A DNA stretch of 64,000 nt from an uncultured Verrucomicrobia subdivision 3 bacterium (GTDB lineage Bacteria; Verrucomicrobiota; Verrucomicrobiia; Limisphaerales; UBA8199), in NCBI GenBank assembly GCA_903913865.1, contig CAIWMU010000039.1:24793-88792 (forward strand), written 5' to 3'. Of the stretch, positions 1 through 9,425 are shown one piece after another (within the stretch, counting starts at the first letter, position 1; each line of letters starts with the position of its first letter). The notes under the pieces are model-generated. The model did no database searches and was not told the DNA's origin. It saw only the letters and a list, made by a program, of their open reading frames with translations. The position numbers and the translations under genes were made by a program.

Positions 1-413
1 TGGGAGACCTTCAAAATCAATCCGCCGTTGCCACCCCCGGCTTCCGTCAGCATCACCTCAACCCCGATTTCCCCATCACCCGCAGGTGGACCTCTCCGGA
101 TGATCTTTGAACCATTGCTGCCAACCGCCTGCAAAGACCCGTCCGCCGCCACCGTCCACCGTCCGCCAAACGTGTCAAACCCGCCCAACGGAATCTGGGC
201 GGCCGGCTCGGCAAAGCTCTCGCCAAAAACCATCTGGCTGTCGATCCCCCCATACACCTCGTGGTTCACATCCTCCAGACATGCGCCCGTCAAATAACGG
301 GAGACGGGATGGAGAATGCTGGAGGCATCCACTGATATGGTGGGTAGTTCCGCCGAAAAGCTGTTCAATGCCAGAAGCACCGCGAGCCCAACAGCGTTTC
401 TTGTCTTGTTCAT
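1..413 (-). CDS. Secreted glycoside-hydrolase-like protein, N-terminal fragment (gene continues past the left edge)
   Basis: My own reverse translation from ATG at 413-411 gives MNKTRNAVGLAVLLALNSFSAELPTISVDASSILHPVSRYLTGACLEDVNHEVYGGIDSQMVFGESF..., open to position 1. The N-terminus looks like a signal peptide. It is absent from the ORF track because it has no stop in the window. The family assignment is only a motif impression. Confidence 0.55.
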   Translation of the reverse strand, partial: MNKTRNAVGLAVLLALNSFSAELPTISVDASSILHPVSRYLTGACLEDVNHEVYGGIDSQMVFGESFAEPAAQIPLGGFDTFGGRWTVAADGSLQAVGSNGSKIIRRGPPAGDGEIGVEVMLTEAGGGNGGLILKVS

Positions 414-480
414 AAAGGCGAAAAGCATGCGTCAACGGCCACTCCCCCTCCCGGAACTGCATCGGCAACCCGCCCCCGGC

Positions 481-1152
481 TCACCAAAAATGCCAATCCC
501 CCTTGATGACAATGTAGAGGCCCAGCAGGAAATTGGTGATGCCGTGGGCCAGCATCGCATCCCCGAGCCGCCCTTTCCGCAAAACCAGCCATTGGTATGA
601 CATCCCGCAAAGGATGCCTGCCAGCCATTCAAAGTGCACAAAACCGAAAATCACGGAGGTGACCACAAACGACAACCAGTGCCGCTGGTTCAGCGGCATT
701 CCAAGGAAGTCAATCTTCACCATGTAACGGTAAAGAAACGACCGGTAAAACACCTCCTCGAGCGGCGGAACAACAATCGCCGAACCCAGAATCCGGATGA
801 GGATGATCGACCACGCTGCAACAGAATTCTGACCGAACTCCTCGTGCGGATTCCACAGCTTGTCCGGCAGCTTCGACATCTTCCCGTACCAGGGATCCAA
901 CCCGACCCAGATCAGCACCACCAGCACCCCCACCGCCACCGCCTCCCAACTGAAGGCCCACCGCACCTCCTTTGTGTAAGGCCACATCTCATACACAAGC
1001 CACGCCCCCGCGAAGGTCTTCACCCCATAAACCCAGAATCGCGATGCCTCACCGAACGATCCCTGCAGGGCGGTGATCCCCACAAAAATAAAGAAAGGTA
1101 TCACCCGCGCGTGAACGGGCGATTTTTCAAGGTGTTTGCTTAGAAAGCGCAT
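481..1152 (-). CDS. CPBP family intramembrane glutamic endopeptidase (CAAX-protease-like)
   Basis: 223 aa, multi-TM. It has the EExxxR motif (EEVFYRSFLY), the FxxxH motif (FGFVHFE) and a late HGITN. ATG at 1152-1150. Confidence 0.85.
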   Translation of the reverse strand: MRFLSKHLEKSPVHARVIPFFIFVGITALQGSFGEASRFWVYGVKTFAGAWLVYEMWPYTKEVRWAFSWEAVAVGVLVVLIWVGLDPWYGKMSKLPDKLWNPHEEFGQNSVAAWSIILIRILGSAIVVPPLEEVFYRSFLYRYMVKIDFLGMPLNQRHWLSFVVTSVIFGFVHFEWLAGILCGMSYQWLVLRKGRLGDAMLAHGITNFLLGLYIVIKGDWHFW

Positions 1153-1438
1153 AGTTTCCCTGCCGGTGACGCCGCAAGTAAAAAGGCAGAAGCCCCTAAG
1201 GTCAAGGAATCAAACCGGCCGCGAAACCCCATGGCGCATCGACGAACTCGCGCGAGGTGGATTTCGAGCGCAGAACGGCCGCGAGTCATCCCACCCATCG
1301 TTCGTATTCCGGGGCAAATCGGACAGCAGCCCAAACCAAATCGGACACCGTTCCGTTTCAATTCGGACAGGGTTCCATGAGTTATCCGGACACATCTTCA
1401 GCACCGTCCAAACAAAATCGACCACCCCCAACCGGCCA

Positions 1439-1662
1439 ACACAACCCCCAGCGGAAAATGTATCCCGCAGAGACGCCGAGCCGCAGAGAACCCGAATCCC
1501 TCCTCTCAGCGCCTCCGCCGCTCTGCGCGAGATTCTGTTCCCATTCCGACTCTTACCCAAGATCGCAGAGCCCCCAAGCCCTTCCCGTCCCCATTTGCGT
1601 CCATCCGCGGTTCCCCTCCCATACGCCAACGGCGTTATGCCATACAGCCCGGGGTTGTGCGG
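1439..1662 (+). repeat. REP-A dispersed repeat, copy 1 (~225 nt)
   Basis: Near-identical to copies at 2039, 3816 and 4784. Core: cgcagagacgccgagccgcagagaacccgaatccctcctctcagcgcctccgccgctctgcgcgagattctgttcccattccgac ... gccaacggcgttatgccatacagcccggggttgtgc. It contains an imperfect inverted repeat (cgcagagacgccgag / ctcagcgcctc..ctctgcg). Confidence 0.85.
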
Positions 1663-2038
1663 GTTGCCGCACTACCCCGGGTCCATGCCACATTGCATTC
1701 CCTACCCCGAATGGGGTTGTGCCGTCGCCCGACCCGGGGGAGGTTCGTCCCAAAAGGCCATCCTGGCAGATACCCCATGCGGGACAACGGACAACACCAC
1801 ACTACGTTTTCCATTTCGCAACCAACCCTGAACAGGGCAAGCCACCCGTTCGGTCCATCGGCACAACCCGCTCCGGGGTTGTCACGACTCTCCCGCCGAC
1901 ACCCGGGGTAACGCCGTCGACGGCGTAACCCCGGGCTTTGGGGCAGAACCCTCTTCGGGGTTCCCGGTCGGGGACGAAGACTCCCGAAACGGAATGGACG
2001 ATCACCCCTTTGCGGGCAACCGAACAGCACGCACTCAC

Positions 2039-2263
2039 AACACAACCACCAGGGGGATCTTATCCCGCAGAGACGCCGAGCCGCAGAGAACCCGAATCCC
2101 TCCTCTCAGCGCCTCCGCCACTCTGCGCGAGATTCTGTTCCCATTCCGACTCTTCCCCAGGATCGCAGAGCCCCCTACCCTACCCATTTGCGTCCATCCG
2201 CGTCCATTCGCGGTTCCCCTCCCATACGCCAACGGCGTTATGCCATACAGCCCGGGGTTGTGC
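2039..2263 (+). repeat. REP-A dispersed repeat, copy 2
   Basis: Same sequence and orientation as copy 1. It lies just upstream of the Sel1 gene. Confidence 0.85.
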
Positions 2264-2377
2264 CGATCCCCACCCACGACGACTTACCCCCTGAAACCTG
2301 GATCCCCGCGATTCCGATTTGCCCCCTCCGCAACACTCGATATTTGACATTCCGACTCCTCCTGCGAGCATGACCGC

Positions 2378-3604
2378 ATGATTGTGTCCGAGGTCTACAT
2401 GCACGCAAACCAGATGGTCCCACCCCAACCAACGGTTACTTCCCGCAACCGGCGGCCGCTTTTTTTAGTGCTCCTGACCGTCCTCGCACTCTTCACCACC
2501 ATTCCGCCCGCCAAATCCGCAGAAACCAATTCGGTGTCTGAGCGGACACCGGCCCAGATGAGCGAAACAAGAGCAAAGGCTGAATCGGGTGATCCCAAAG
2601 CCCAATTCGATCTTGGCGAGTGTTACTACGAGGGCAGCGGACTTGAGAAGGACCCCTCTGAAGCCGTGAAATGGTATCGCAAAGCGGCTGAGCATGGCTT
2701 CGCCGCAGCCCAATCAAAACTCGCCTGGTGCTTCTCGCGCGGCATAGGCGTTGATAAGGATGATGTGGAGGCGGTCAGTTGGTGGCGCAAAGCGGCTGAC
2801 CAGGGTAATGCCAAAGGACAAAAAAACCTCGGTGCCTGCTACGCGTTGGGGGAAGGGGTTAAAGAAGACCCGGTCGAAGCAGTGAAGTGGTTTCGCAAAG
2901 CCGCTGAGCAGGGCAGCGATGGCGGCCAATTCAACCTCGGCCTGTGCTACCTCCGGGGCACGGGTGTTCAAAAAAATCCGACTGAGGCCGTGAAGTGGTT
3001 TCGAAAGTCAGCCGAGCAGGGCTTCGCCCCGGCCAACTCAAGCCTCGGGTGGTGCTTCTCGAAAGGGGCGGGCGTGGCAAAAGATGAAGTCGAGGCGGTC
3101 AATTGGTGGCGCAAGGCTGCCAATCAGGGGCAAGCCGTGGCCCAGGGCAACCTCGGCATCTCCTACGCTGAGGGCAACGGAGTTAAGAAAGACCCGGTTG
3201 AGGCTGTCGTATGGTTTCGCAAAGCTGCTGAGCAGGGAGAGTCTGTCGCCCAATACGAAATCGGTCGCTGCTATGCCTATGGTCTCGGCGTTGACAAAGA
3301 CCTCACAGAAGCGGTTAAGTGGCTCAGCAAAGCTGCAGAGAATGACAACGCAGACTCCCAATCCCTGCTCGGATGTTTGTATGCCTTGGGAACGGGAGTG
3401 CAAAGGGACGATGCAACGGCCTACATGTGGATGCTTCTGGCTGCGGATAAAGGGGACAAGGAGGCCAAAAAACTTGCCTCCCGGTTCGATCAGCAGATCA
3501 CAGATTGGGATGCCCAAAAGGGCAAACGAATGGCACAGGCGGTCCTCGACTCAAGGGCGCAAGCATCAAAAGCATCCCTGCAGGGCAAGACCCCGCAAAG
3601 ATGA
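2378..3604 (+). CDS. Sel1-repeat (SLR/TPR-like) protein, secreted
   Basis: About ten consecutive 36-aa Sel1 units (e.g. AVKWYRKAAEHGFAAAQSKLAWCFSRGIGVDKDDVE). The N-terminus is signal-like (RRPLFLVLLTVLALFTTIPPAKSA). The start could also be an internal ATG at 2399 or 2414. Confidence 0.9.
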   Translation: MIVSEVYMHANQMVPPQPTVTSRNRRPLFLVLLTVLALFTTIPPAKSAETNSVSERTPAQMSETRAKAESGDPKAQFDLGECYYEGSGLEKDPSEAVKWYRKAAEHGFAAAQSKLAWCFSRGIGVDKDDVEAVSWWRKAADQGNAKGQKNLGACYALGEGVKEDPVEAVKWFRKAAEQGSDGGQFNLGLCYLRGTGVQKNPTEAVKWFRKSAEQGFAPANSSLGWCFSKGAGVAKDEVEAVNWWRKAANQGQAVAQGNLGISYAEGNGVKKDPVEAVVWFRKAAEQGESVAQYEIGRCYAYGLGVDKDLTEAVKWLSKAAENDNADSQSLLGCLYALGTGVQRDDATAYMWMLLAADKGDKEAKKLASRFDQQITDWDAQKGKRMAQAVLDSRAQASKASLQGKTPQR

Positions 3605-3622
3605 GAAACGACCTCACCTGGA

Positions 3623-3688
3623 CGTGAACGGTCGATTTTTCAACCCTTTTACCTGAAAGGCGCATCAACTCCCGCCGACGAAACCACT
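3623..3688 (-). pseudogene. Ghost copy of the CAAX-protease 5' end and upstream leader
   Basis: 3623-3688 aligns by eye with 1110-1175 (shared gtgaacgg.cgatttttcaa ... gaaag.cgcat). The minus strand reads MRLSGKRVEKSTVHVQV, versus the real N-terminus MRFLSKHLEKSPVHARV. Confidence 0.45.
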
Positions 3689-3815
3689 CACAATCGGATT
3701 ATCCTTTTCGCGGCAACTCCCCGGGCGGCATGGGACCAGTTCTCACCTTTTGTGCCGATGACAAAATGGACCACCCCGCCCTCGGGCACGGGCATTCGGT
3801 CAACACCCGCTCGCA

Positions 3816-4040
3816 ACACAACCCCCAGCGGAAAATGTATCGCGCAGAGACGCCGAGACGCAGAGAACCCGAATCCCTCCTCTCGGCGCCTCCGCCGTTC
3901 TGCGCGAGATTCTGTTCCCATTCCGACTTTTCCCCAGGATCGCAGAGCACCCTACCCCACCCATTTGCTTCCATCCGCGTCCATTCGCGGTTCCCCTCCC
4001 CTACGCCAACGGCGTTATGCCATACAGCCCGGGGTTGTGC
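3816..4040 (+). repeat. REP-A dispersed repeat, copy 3
   Basis: Same element and orientation as copies 1 and 2. It lies downstream of the Sel1 gene. Confidence 0.85.
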
Positions 4041-4783
4041 GGGTCCCAGCACCACCCCGGGCTTTGGGGCAAAACCCCGCACCGAACCCGGAGGCTCGAA
4101 CCCCTGCAACCGGTGGTCGGGGAGGCCCATCGACCATCTCACCGGCATCGCACCTCCCAGAACCCGGAGGGTTCCCAGCGATTAGCCGGTGGTTGAGGAG
4201 CAACGCGACGACACCACCGGTATAGACCCGCATACCCTCCCATCCCGGAGGGATGGCAGAGAGCCGCACGCGCGTGCCCCCCATCGACCGCAACCCAACT
4301 CTGGGCCTCCCGCCGGGGTCCTTGTCCCTTTCTGTCCTCAACCCCGGGTGTCGCTCACGCTCAACCCCGGACTATTGTCTCGCACCCACTTCGGGGTTCC
4401 AGGAGGCACTCATGGCTTGGGCGGTAGGAAACGAGGTCAACGAAGGTTGCAAGACACCACACCCCCCTTCCCCAACGCCACGAATGTGACCGGCGAAACC
4501 AGCCTCCCCCCTTCGTGGCTTCGTGCCTTCGTGTGAAACATCCTTCGATTCCATCGCATCAAACCGCCCTCTGGCCCGATGTCCTATCCGGTATTCATGG
4601 CTGGAACGGATGTGTCGGGCCTGCAGCCCTCCTGTTCCATTATGATCACCGCCACCCAGGCCGGTGGCCTGGGCTATCTCATTCTGCGCCGTTGGCGCAG
4701 TATCACCTGCCATCCGTTGGCGCGGGAAATCGGTCAACAGCTTCCACCTCCCCTCGCGTGAAACCGGTGAACACCCGCTCCCA

Positions 4784-4886
4784 ACACAACCACCAGAGGA
4801 CAATTTATCGCACAGCGACGCCCATACGCGGGGAGCCCAAATCCCCCTTCTCAGCGCCTCCGCCGCTCTGCGCGAGATTCTTTCCC
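4784..4886 (+). repeat. REP-A dispersed repeat, copy 4 (truncated)
   Basis: Only the first ~100 nt of the element are present (acacaaccaccag ... ctcagcgcctccgccgctctgcgcgagattc). It abuts the stop of the esterase gene at 4892. Confidence 0.7.
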
Positions 4887-4891
4887 CCCGC

Positions 4892-6592
4892 TTATTTGCC
4901 GACGGGTGCGGGGGCTGCTGCCGGGAGCATTGTTGCCGCGCCGGTTTTCGGGTTGATCTCGATCGCCCTGCCCACGGGCAGGCCGGGACGCTTGTGCCCC
5001 GTGGCCGTGAGCCATGCATCCCGCCAGAGGGCCAGTTGCTGCTGGTCCTTTTCGAGGAGGGCCGTTCCACCGGGTATTGAGGAGAAGAGTTGTGCGGCCG
5101 ATTCCACCCCCACCACATCCCGCGCACCGAGATGGAGCAGGATGGACCTTGCCATGAGCCAATGGCCCGTCGCATCCGGGTGGACCCCGTCCCCCGCCAT
5201 ATTGTAGGCCGGATCGGTTGCCCTGTGCTGTTCCAGGTGGGTCTTCATCGGTGTGTGCAGATCCACGACATCCCAGCCACGGACCCGCTGCTCCAGCAGC
5301 CATTCGGCATAGCGGTCAAGAACCGCCCCGTAACCCTTCTGCCCGCCCCGCACATCGTCGTAGATGGGCGGCGTCACAAGCACCAGCCGGGCACCCGCCC
5401 TGATGACCTCCTCGCGAAGCCAGCGGATGGACTCCTGATACGCCTGAAAACGGTCCGCAGCCAGAGGCAGATAAATGCCATCATTCATCCCATAGCAGGC
5501 AAGGACCAGATCCGGCCGTGTCCTGTCCAGCACCCGGCCCAGCCGCTCATGGAGGTCGGGCCTGGGGAAGCCGTGCTGCAGATGCCCCACCTCCGAAAGC
5601 CCGGATGCCGTCTCGCTGGGCAGGCCCAGATTCAGGAACTCAATCACGCGCCCCGGGAACCGGGCGTGGTGATAGGCGGAGATGAAGGCAACGTATTGGC
5701 CGCTGTAGGTGATGCTGTCCCCGAGGAACAGAACCCGCTTCACACTTTCAGGGAAGAGCCCATCCCCGCCCCCCGCATGCGCGAGGATGAAATCCACGAT
5801 CGGCTTCGGATCCTTGAGGCTGTGGGGATGATGCCCCACGCCGGGTTTGCTGATCACTTTGATCTCGCCCCCCAGCTTCGCGTAGCGCTCCTCCACCAGC
5901 CCGGTATTCTCCGGCATGGGCACGACATCATCGGCATCCCCGCAAACGCTCAGGATTGGAATCCGCGCCCCGGCCAGCGGTGCCAGGTTGTCCACGGGAT
6001 TGAGTTTCCAGGCCCGCGCTGCGGCATCATCCAGGCCATACACCTTCTTGCACAAGGCCCAGTCATCCGGCGATCCCTTCCCCTTCCCCAAACCGCCGGG
6101 CCAGCTCTTGAAGTCACACACCGGCGCATCCACATAAAGGCTGGAGACCCGGCCCGGATGGCGCGCCGCCCAATTGAAGGCGAACAACCCGCCCCGGCTG
6201 AACCCTTCGAGCACGGCCTTCGCCGAAAGCCGCAGTGTGCCGGTGAGATGCTCATAAAACCGGTCCATGTGATCCAGCGCAGCCGGTGCGCCATACAGGT
6301 TCTGGACATCCATGTAAACCACGTGCCACCCGTTCGAGAGCAGGGCCAGGTCGGCCTGCGGCTCGTGCCCGAAAAATTCCGTGCGCCAGATCCAGGGGGA
6401 GCCCGCCGCCCGCGCCGCAGGGACGACCACAAGGCAGCTGCGCCCATCCACCTGGAAGTTCAACTGCTCAAACCCGTTCCATGACGATTTCGTGACGGGT
6501 GGCGTGCCGGCCACCGGATCCTCCGCAGCCGCAGGGCTCGTGCAGAACATCACAGTGGCGAGACAGAGTAAGGCAAAAGGTCGCAGGCTCAT
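4892..6592 (-). CDS. Secreted two-domain esterase: alpha/beta-hydrolase fused to SGNH/GDSL hydrolase
   Basis: Signal peptide MSLRPFALLCLATVMFCTSPAAA. The N-domain has the nucleophile elbow GFSRGG, then CGDADDVVP and GHHPH. The C-domain has SGNH blocks VLFLGDSITY, YGMNDG and DGVHPDATGH. Confidence 0.85.
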   Translation of the reverse strand: MSLRPFALLCLATVMFCTSPAAAEDPVAGTPPVTKSSWNGFEQLNFQVDGRSCLVVVPAARAAGSPWIWRTEFFGHEPQADLALLSNGWHVVYMDVQNLYGAPAALDHMDRFYEHLTGTLRLSAKAVLEGFSRGGLFAFNWAARHPGRVSSLYVDAPVCDFKSWPGGLGKGKGSPDDWALCKKVYGLDDAAARAWKLNPVDNLAPLAGARIPILSVCGDADDVVPMPENTGLVEERYAKLGGEIKVISKPGVGHHPHSLKDPKPIVDFILAHAGGGDGLFPESVKRVLFLGDSITYSGQYVAFISAYHHARFPGRVIEFLNLGLPSETASGLSEVGHLQHGFPRPDLHERLGRVLDRTRPDLVLACYGMNDGIYLPLAADRFQAYQESIRWLREEVIRAGARLVLVTPPIYDDVRGGQKGYGAVLDRYAEWLLEQRVRGWDVVDLHTPMKTHLEQHRATDPAYNMAGDGVHPDATGHWLMARSILLHLGARDVVGVESAAQLFSSIPGGTALLEKDQQQLALWRDAWLTATGHKRPGLPVGRAIEINPKTGAATMLPAAAPAPVGK

Positions 6593-7833
6593 ATGGATCC
6601 AAATTCGCTGACCGCCTCATACATCGCGACGATGTTCTGCGGCGGCACATCCGGCAGGATGTTGTGCACCGTGTTAAAGACAAAACCGCCCCCCGGCATG
6701 AAAATTTCCAGCCGCCTCTTCACATGCTCCTTCACCTCCCCGGGCGTGCCGTGCGGCAGGATGGCCTTGGTGTCGCACCCGCCGCCCCAGAAGCAGATGT
6801 CCCGGCCGAAATCGGCCTTCAACCCCTCCGCCTCCATGCCCCTGCAATTGGTCTGCACCGGGTTGATGATGTCGAACCCGGCCTCGATCAGGTCCGGCAA
6901 CAGGGCGCGGATCGATCCGCACGAGTGCAGGAAGGTCTTCATCCCGGTGTGCTTGTGGACATAGTCGCACAGGATTTTATGGCGCGGCTTGAACAGCTCC
7001 CGGTACATCTTCGGCGACATGAACGGCCCGGTGTTCGTGCCCAGATCATCCCCGAACCGGATGATGTCCGCCACATCACCGACGGCGCGGCAGGCCTTCT
7101 CCAGCCCGGCCAGATGGCGCTCCATGAGGGCATCCAGCAATCCCTCCACCTTTGCGGGCTCTGCCGCAAGATCCAGAAGGAACTGGTCCATCCGCCGCAG
7201 GAACGTCCCCCACTCGAAGAGATTGCATCCGATGACAATCATCAGCGCCCGGTCGGTCGAGCCGCGCAACGCGAGCGACTGCGCACGCAGCGTCTCCCAG
7301 AAACCGGGATCACCGGCATGATCCCAGGGGCTGTGAACGAGGGCCGCCCAAAGGATCCGGCCCATCTCCGTGGAAAGATCCTTGAAATTCTCCGGGTAGC
7401 CATCGACATAAGGGAAATAGGTCTGGTCGAAAAACGTTCCTCCCCCCGGCATGTGGGCGATCTCCAGCCCGTCCTTCATCCGGGCGATGAACGAGCCGTC
7501 CGACCTCGCCTCGGGATGGAACCAGGCCGGGTATTGCGCCGCCTGACCATCGACCAGTGTCGTCGGCTGCCACGCCTCCGCCCCTGTGTTGAAGGTGCGC
7601 CCCAGATCCACCACATCCACACCGAACCGGTCCAGAATCCACGCTTCAGGCTCGGCCAGTTGCTGAACAACATCGTAAACGCGGGTCTCGCCGGTCGTGA
7701 TACCAAGGTGCTTCTTCAGGTTCCCGTAGGCAATGGCCGAGATGCCGGAACTGGGGGTGGCCCCCAGATCCACCGGCACACGGTCCGGTTGGCGGTGTTC
7801 GATGGCGGCCAGAATGCGTTCTCGTGGGGTCAT
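6589..7833 (-). CDS. Uroporphyrinogen-decarboxylase (URO-D) fold family protein, not HemE-like
   Basis: Start re-set to ATG 7833 (MTPRERILAAIEHRQPDRVPVDLG...). It has the overall URO-D/MtaA-like layout (FGDDLG, FLHSCGS, FVFNTVHNI) but lacks the HemE PxWxMRQAGR signature. Its stop overlaps the esterase start (ATGA). Confidence 0.8.
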   Translation of the reverse strand: MTPRERILAAIEHRQPDRVPVDLGATPSSGISAIAYGNLKKHLGITTGETRVYDVVQQLAEPEAWILDRFGVDVVDLGRTFNTGAEAWQPTTLVDGQAAQYPAWFHPEARSDGSFIARMKDGLEIAHMPGGGTFFDQTYFPYVDGYPENFKDLSTEMGRILWAALVHSPWDHAGDPGFWETLRAQSLALRGSTDRALMIVIGCNLFEWGTFLRRMDQFLLDLAAEPAKVEGLLDALMERHLAGLEKACRAVGDVADIIRFGDDLGTNTGPFMSPKMYRELFKPRHKILCDYVHKHTGMKTFLHSCGSIRALLPDLIEAGFDIINPVQTNCRGMEAEGLKADFGRDICFWGGGCDTKAILPHGTPGEVKEHVKRRLEIFMPGGGFVFNTVHNILPDVPPQNIVAMYEAVSEFGSI

Positions 7834-7907
7834 GTTTTTGGTGTGGGATGCGGATGTTCTGCCCCGATGCACCTTTCCACGCGCACCCGGGCAAACGAAG
7901 TCCTGAA

Positions 7908-8246
7908 TCAATCGTGGTGGAAGACCTCCTCCATCGAGGCCCACCATTCGCCCGGCGCACGGCCCTCGAGCGGTTCCTGGCACGGGATGCAATGGCTCCA
8001 CCACTGCTGCGTGGTGGGATCGGCGGCCATCAGCGCCATGTCGCCCTCAAAATTGGAGCCGGTGTATTCAAAATAGCTGAACAGGTAGTGCTTCCCGTCC
8101 GGCATCTGCCGCAGATATATCGAATAATTTTGAATGTGGCACCGGCTGATCATCGCCAGCACATCCGGCCAGGCCGCCGCATGCAGCCTGTTGTATTCCT
8201 CAATTTTTTCGGCCCTCAAACCGATCACCGATCCGTATCGTTTCAT
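7908..8246 (-). CDS. rhaM: L-rhamnose mutarotase
   Basis: 112 aa from ATG 8246: MKRYGSVIGLRAEKIEEYNRLHAAAWPDVLAMISRCHIQNYSIYL...FSYFEYTG.NFE. This is the typical RhaM/DUF718 pattern. Confidence 0.9.
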   Translation of the reverse strand: MKRYGSVIGLRAEKIEEYNRLHAAAWPDVLAMISRCHIQNYSIYLRQMPDGKHYLFSYFEYTGSNFEGDMALMAADPTTQQWWSHCIPCQEPLEGRAPGEWWASMEEVFHHD

Positions 8247-9421
8247 ATCGTGTTCCTCTGGTGCCGCACCTCTGCGGCGCTTGTTGATTGGGTCTCCTTC
8301 CCGGGATTCCTTGTCCCGAGGTAGTTGCCATAATCCAGCAGCAGCTTGCCCGCGATCAGCAGGGCAATCGCCGTTCCGAGCGCCACATGGGTCCCGCGCC
8401 CGCACCCCTTCCATTCCTTGAACACCACCCCGATGAGTGTGCCCACAAGAATCAGGAGGATCATGTGGATCGCCCAGCAGGTCTGTTCAAAACCGGCCAC
8501 CTTCAGGATGTAGAAATGCCCGAAGCCATAGAAGAAAAACTGCGCATACCACAGGCAACCGGTCAGAATGGCCATTGCCCAGTTCATGCGGAACGCGGCC
8601 CCATCCACCCCCGGTCCGGACCCGGAAACCATCTCCCGCAGCGTCCCCTGGCGCAGGTGCAGGAAGAGGCAATAGATGGCCGTCGTCAGGAACGCGCCTG
8701 AGTTCGAAAACGGATAGATCGCGTTGCTGCAAAACGTGGCGGCATCGATCCCGAGCACGGTATGCCCGGCAGCCTTCGCTTCCGCCAGCTTCGCAATCGG
8801 TGCCCCCTCGGTCAGGGAGATCCCATACACCGCCGAGAGAATTCCAGCCAAAAGGCAGAGGGCAAGTCCTGTGATCAGGTTGCGATCGCTCAAAGGCACC
8901 CCGGCTGCCCGTGCGTGATCCCCTTCCTTCCAGCGCCCCGCCACCCCGCAGCAGGCGACCCCCACGAGGCCCAAAACGATTCCTGCCACAATCCATCCAG
9001 CCCCGCTCTTCCCCCAGAAAAGCGCGAGATTCGACGCCGAGTCCGCGAGGGTGGTGCCCCCCTTCGCCACCGCATAGGCCGTCCCCACCGCTGTCGAAAT
9101 CCCGATCGCCGCAGCGTAGGTGATCGAGAAGCCGACATACCGGATCGCCACCCCGAAGGCCGTGCCTCCAATCCCGTAGGCGGCCCCGAGCAGGAAGCTC
9201 CGCAGCATCGCCTCCCGGGGGGCGGCCTGCACCACACTCCAGAATTCCGGCACGGTCAGGAAGGCCCCGATGATCGGCAGCAGCAGCCAGCAGAACGCCG
9301 CCTGCAGGAGCCAGTAGGACTGCCACGACCAGCCACGGACCTTCTTCTGCGGCACATAGCAGCAGGCGGCCGAGGTCGCGCCAATGGCGTGGAAAAAAAT
9401 GCTGGCTACAAGGGGCGGCAT
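8243..9421 (-). CDS. rhaT: L-rhamnose/H+ symporter RhaT family
   Basis: 392 aa, ~10 TM. The N-terminus FFHAIGATSAACCYVPQKKVRGWSWQSYWLLQA matches the RhaT pattern. Its stop overlaps the rhaM start by 4 nt. Confidence 0.85.
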   Translation of the reverse strand: MPPLVASIFFHAIGATSAACCYVPQKKVRGWSWQSYWLLQAAFCWLLLPIIGAFLTVPEFWSVVQAAPREAMLRSFLLGAAYGIGGTAFGVAIRYVGFSITYAAAIGISTAVGTAYAVAKGGTTLADSASNLALFWGKSGAGWIVAGIVLGLVGVACCGVAGRWKEGDHARAAGVPLSDRNLITGLALCLLAGILSAVYGISLTEGAPIAKLAEAKAAGHTVLGIDAATFCSNAIYPFSNSGAFLTTAIYCLFLHLRQGTLREMVSGSGPGVDGAAFRMNWAMAILTGCLWYAQFFFYGFGHFYILKVAGFEQTCWAIHMILLILVGTLIGVVFKEWKGCGRGTHVALGTAIALLIAGKLLLDYGNYLGTRNPGKETQSTSAAEVRHQRNTI

Positions 9422-9425
9422 GGGT

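Noticed and set aside
28-468. Short ORFs listed at the left edge (28-297, 107-415, 175-468, etc.)
   Set aside because: They are antisense or out of frame relative to the open-ended minus-strand gene starting at 413, which has a signal peptide and a hydrolase-like sequence.
1136-2432. Many 60-230-aa ORFs in the 1.1-2.4 kb and 3.6-5.3 kb intervals
   Set aside because: They are translations of REP-A repeats and hairpins. The same peptide strings (e.g. PQRKMYPAETPSRREPESLLSAPPPLCARFCSHSD) recur in several frames and strands, with no start/stop conservation.
4085-4150. tRNA-like fragment (ggaggctcgaacccctgcaacc...)
   Set aside because: The putative T-stem halves are not complementary, and no acceptor or anticodon arms can be folded. 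It is probably another REP-type sequence.
5090-8076. Long plus-strand ORFs (5090-6484, 6499-8076), plus similar ones at 14189-15418, 16325-17614, 17674-19287, 22458-23624, 26161-27378, 47214-48611, 48628-49620 and 53957-55327
   Set aside because: All are antisense to genes with clear family motifs. They are Arg/Pro/Gly/His-rich and lack any recognisable motif, so I treat them as shadow ORFs.
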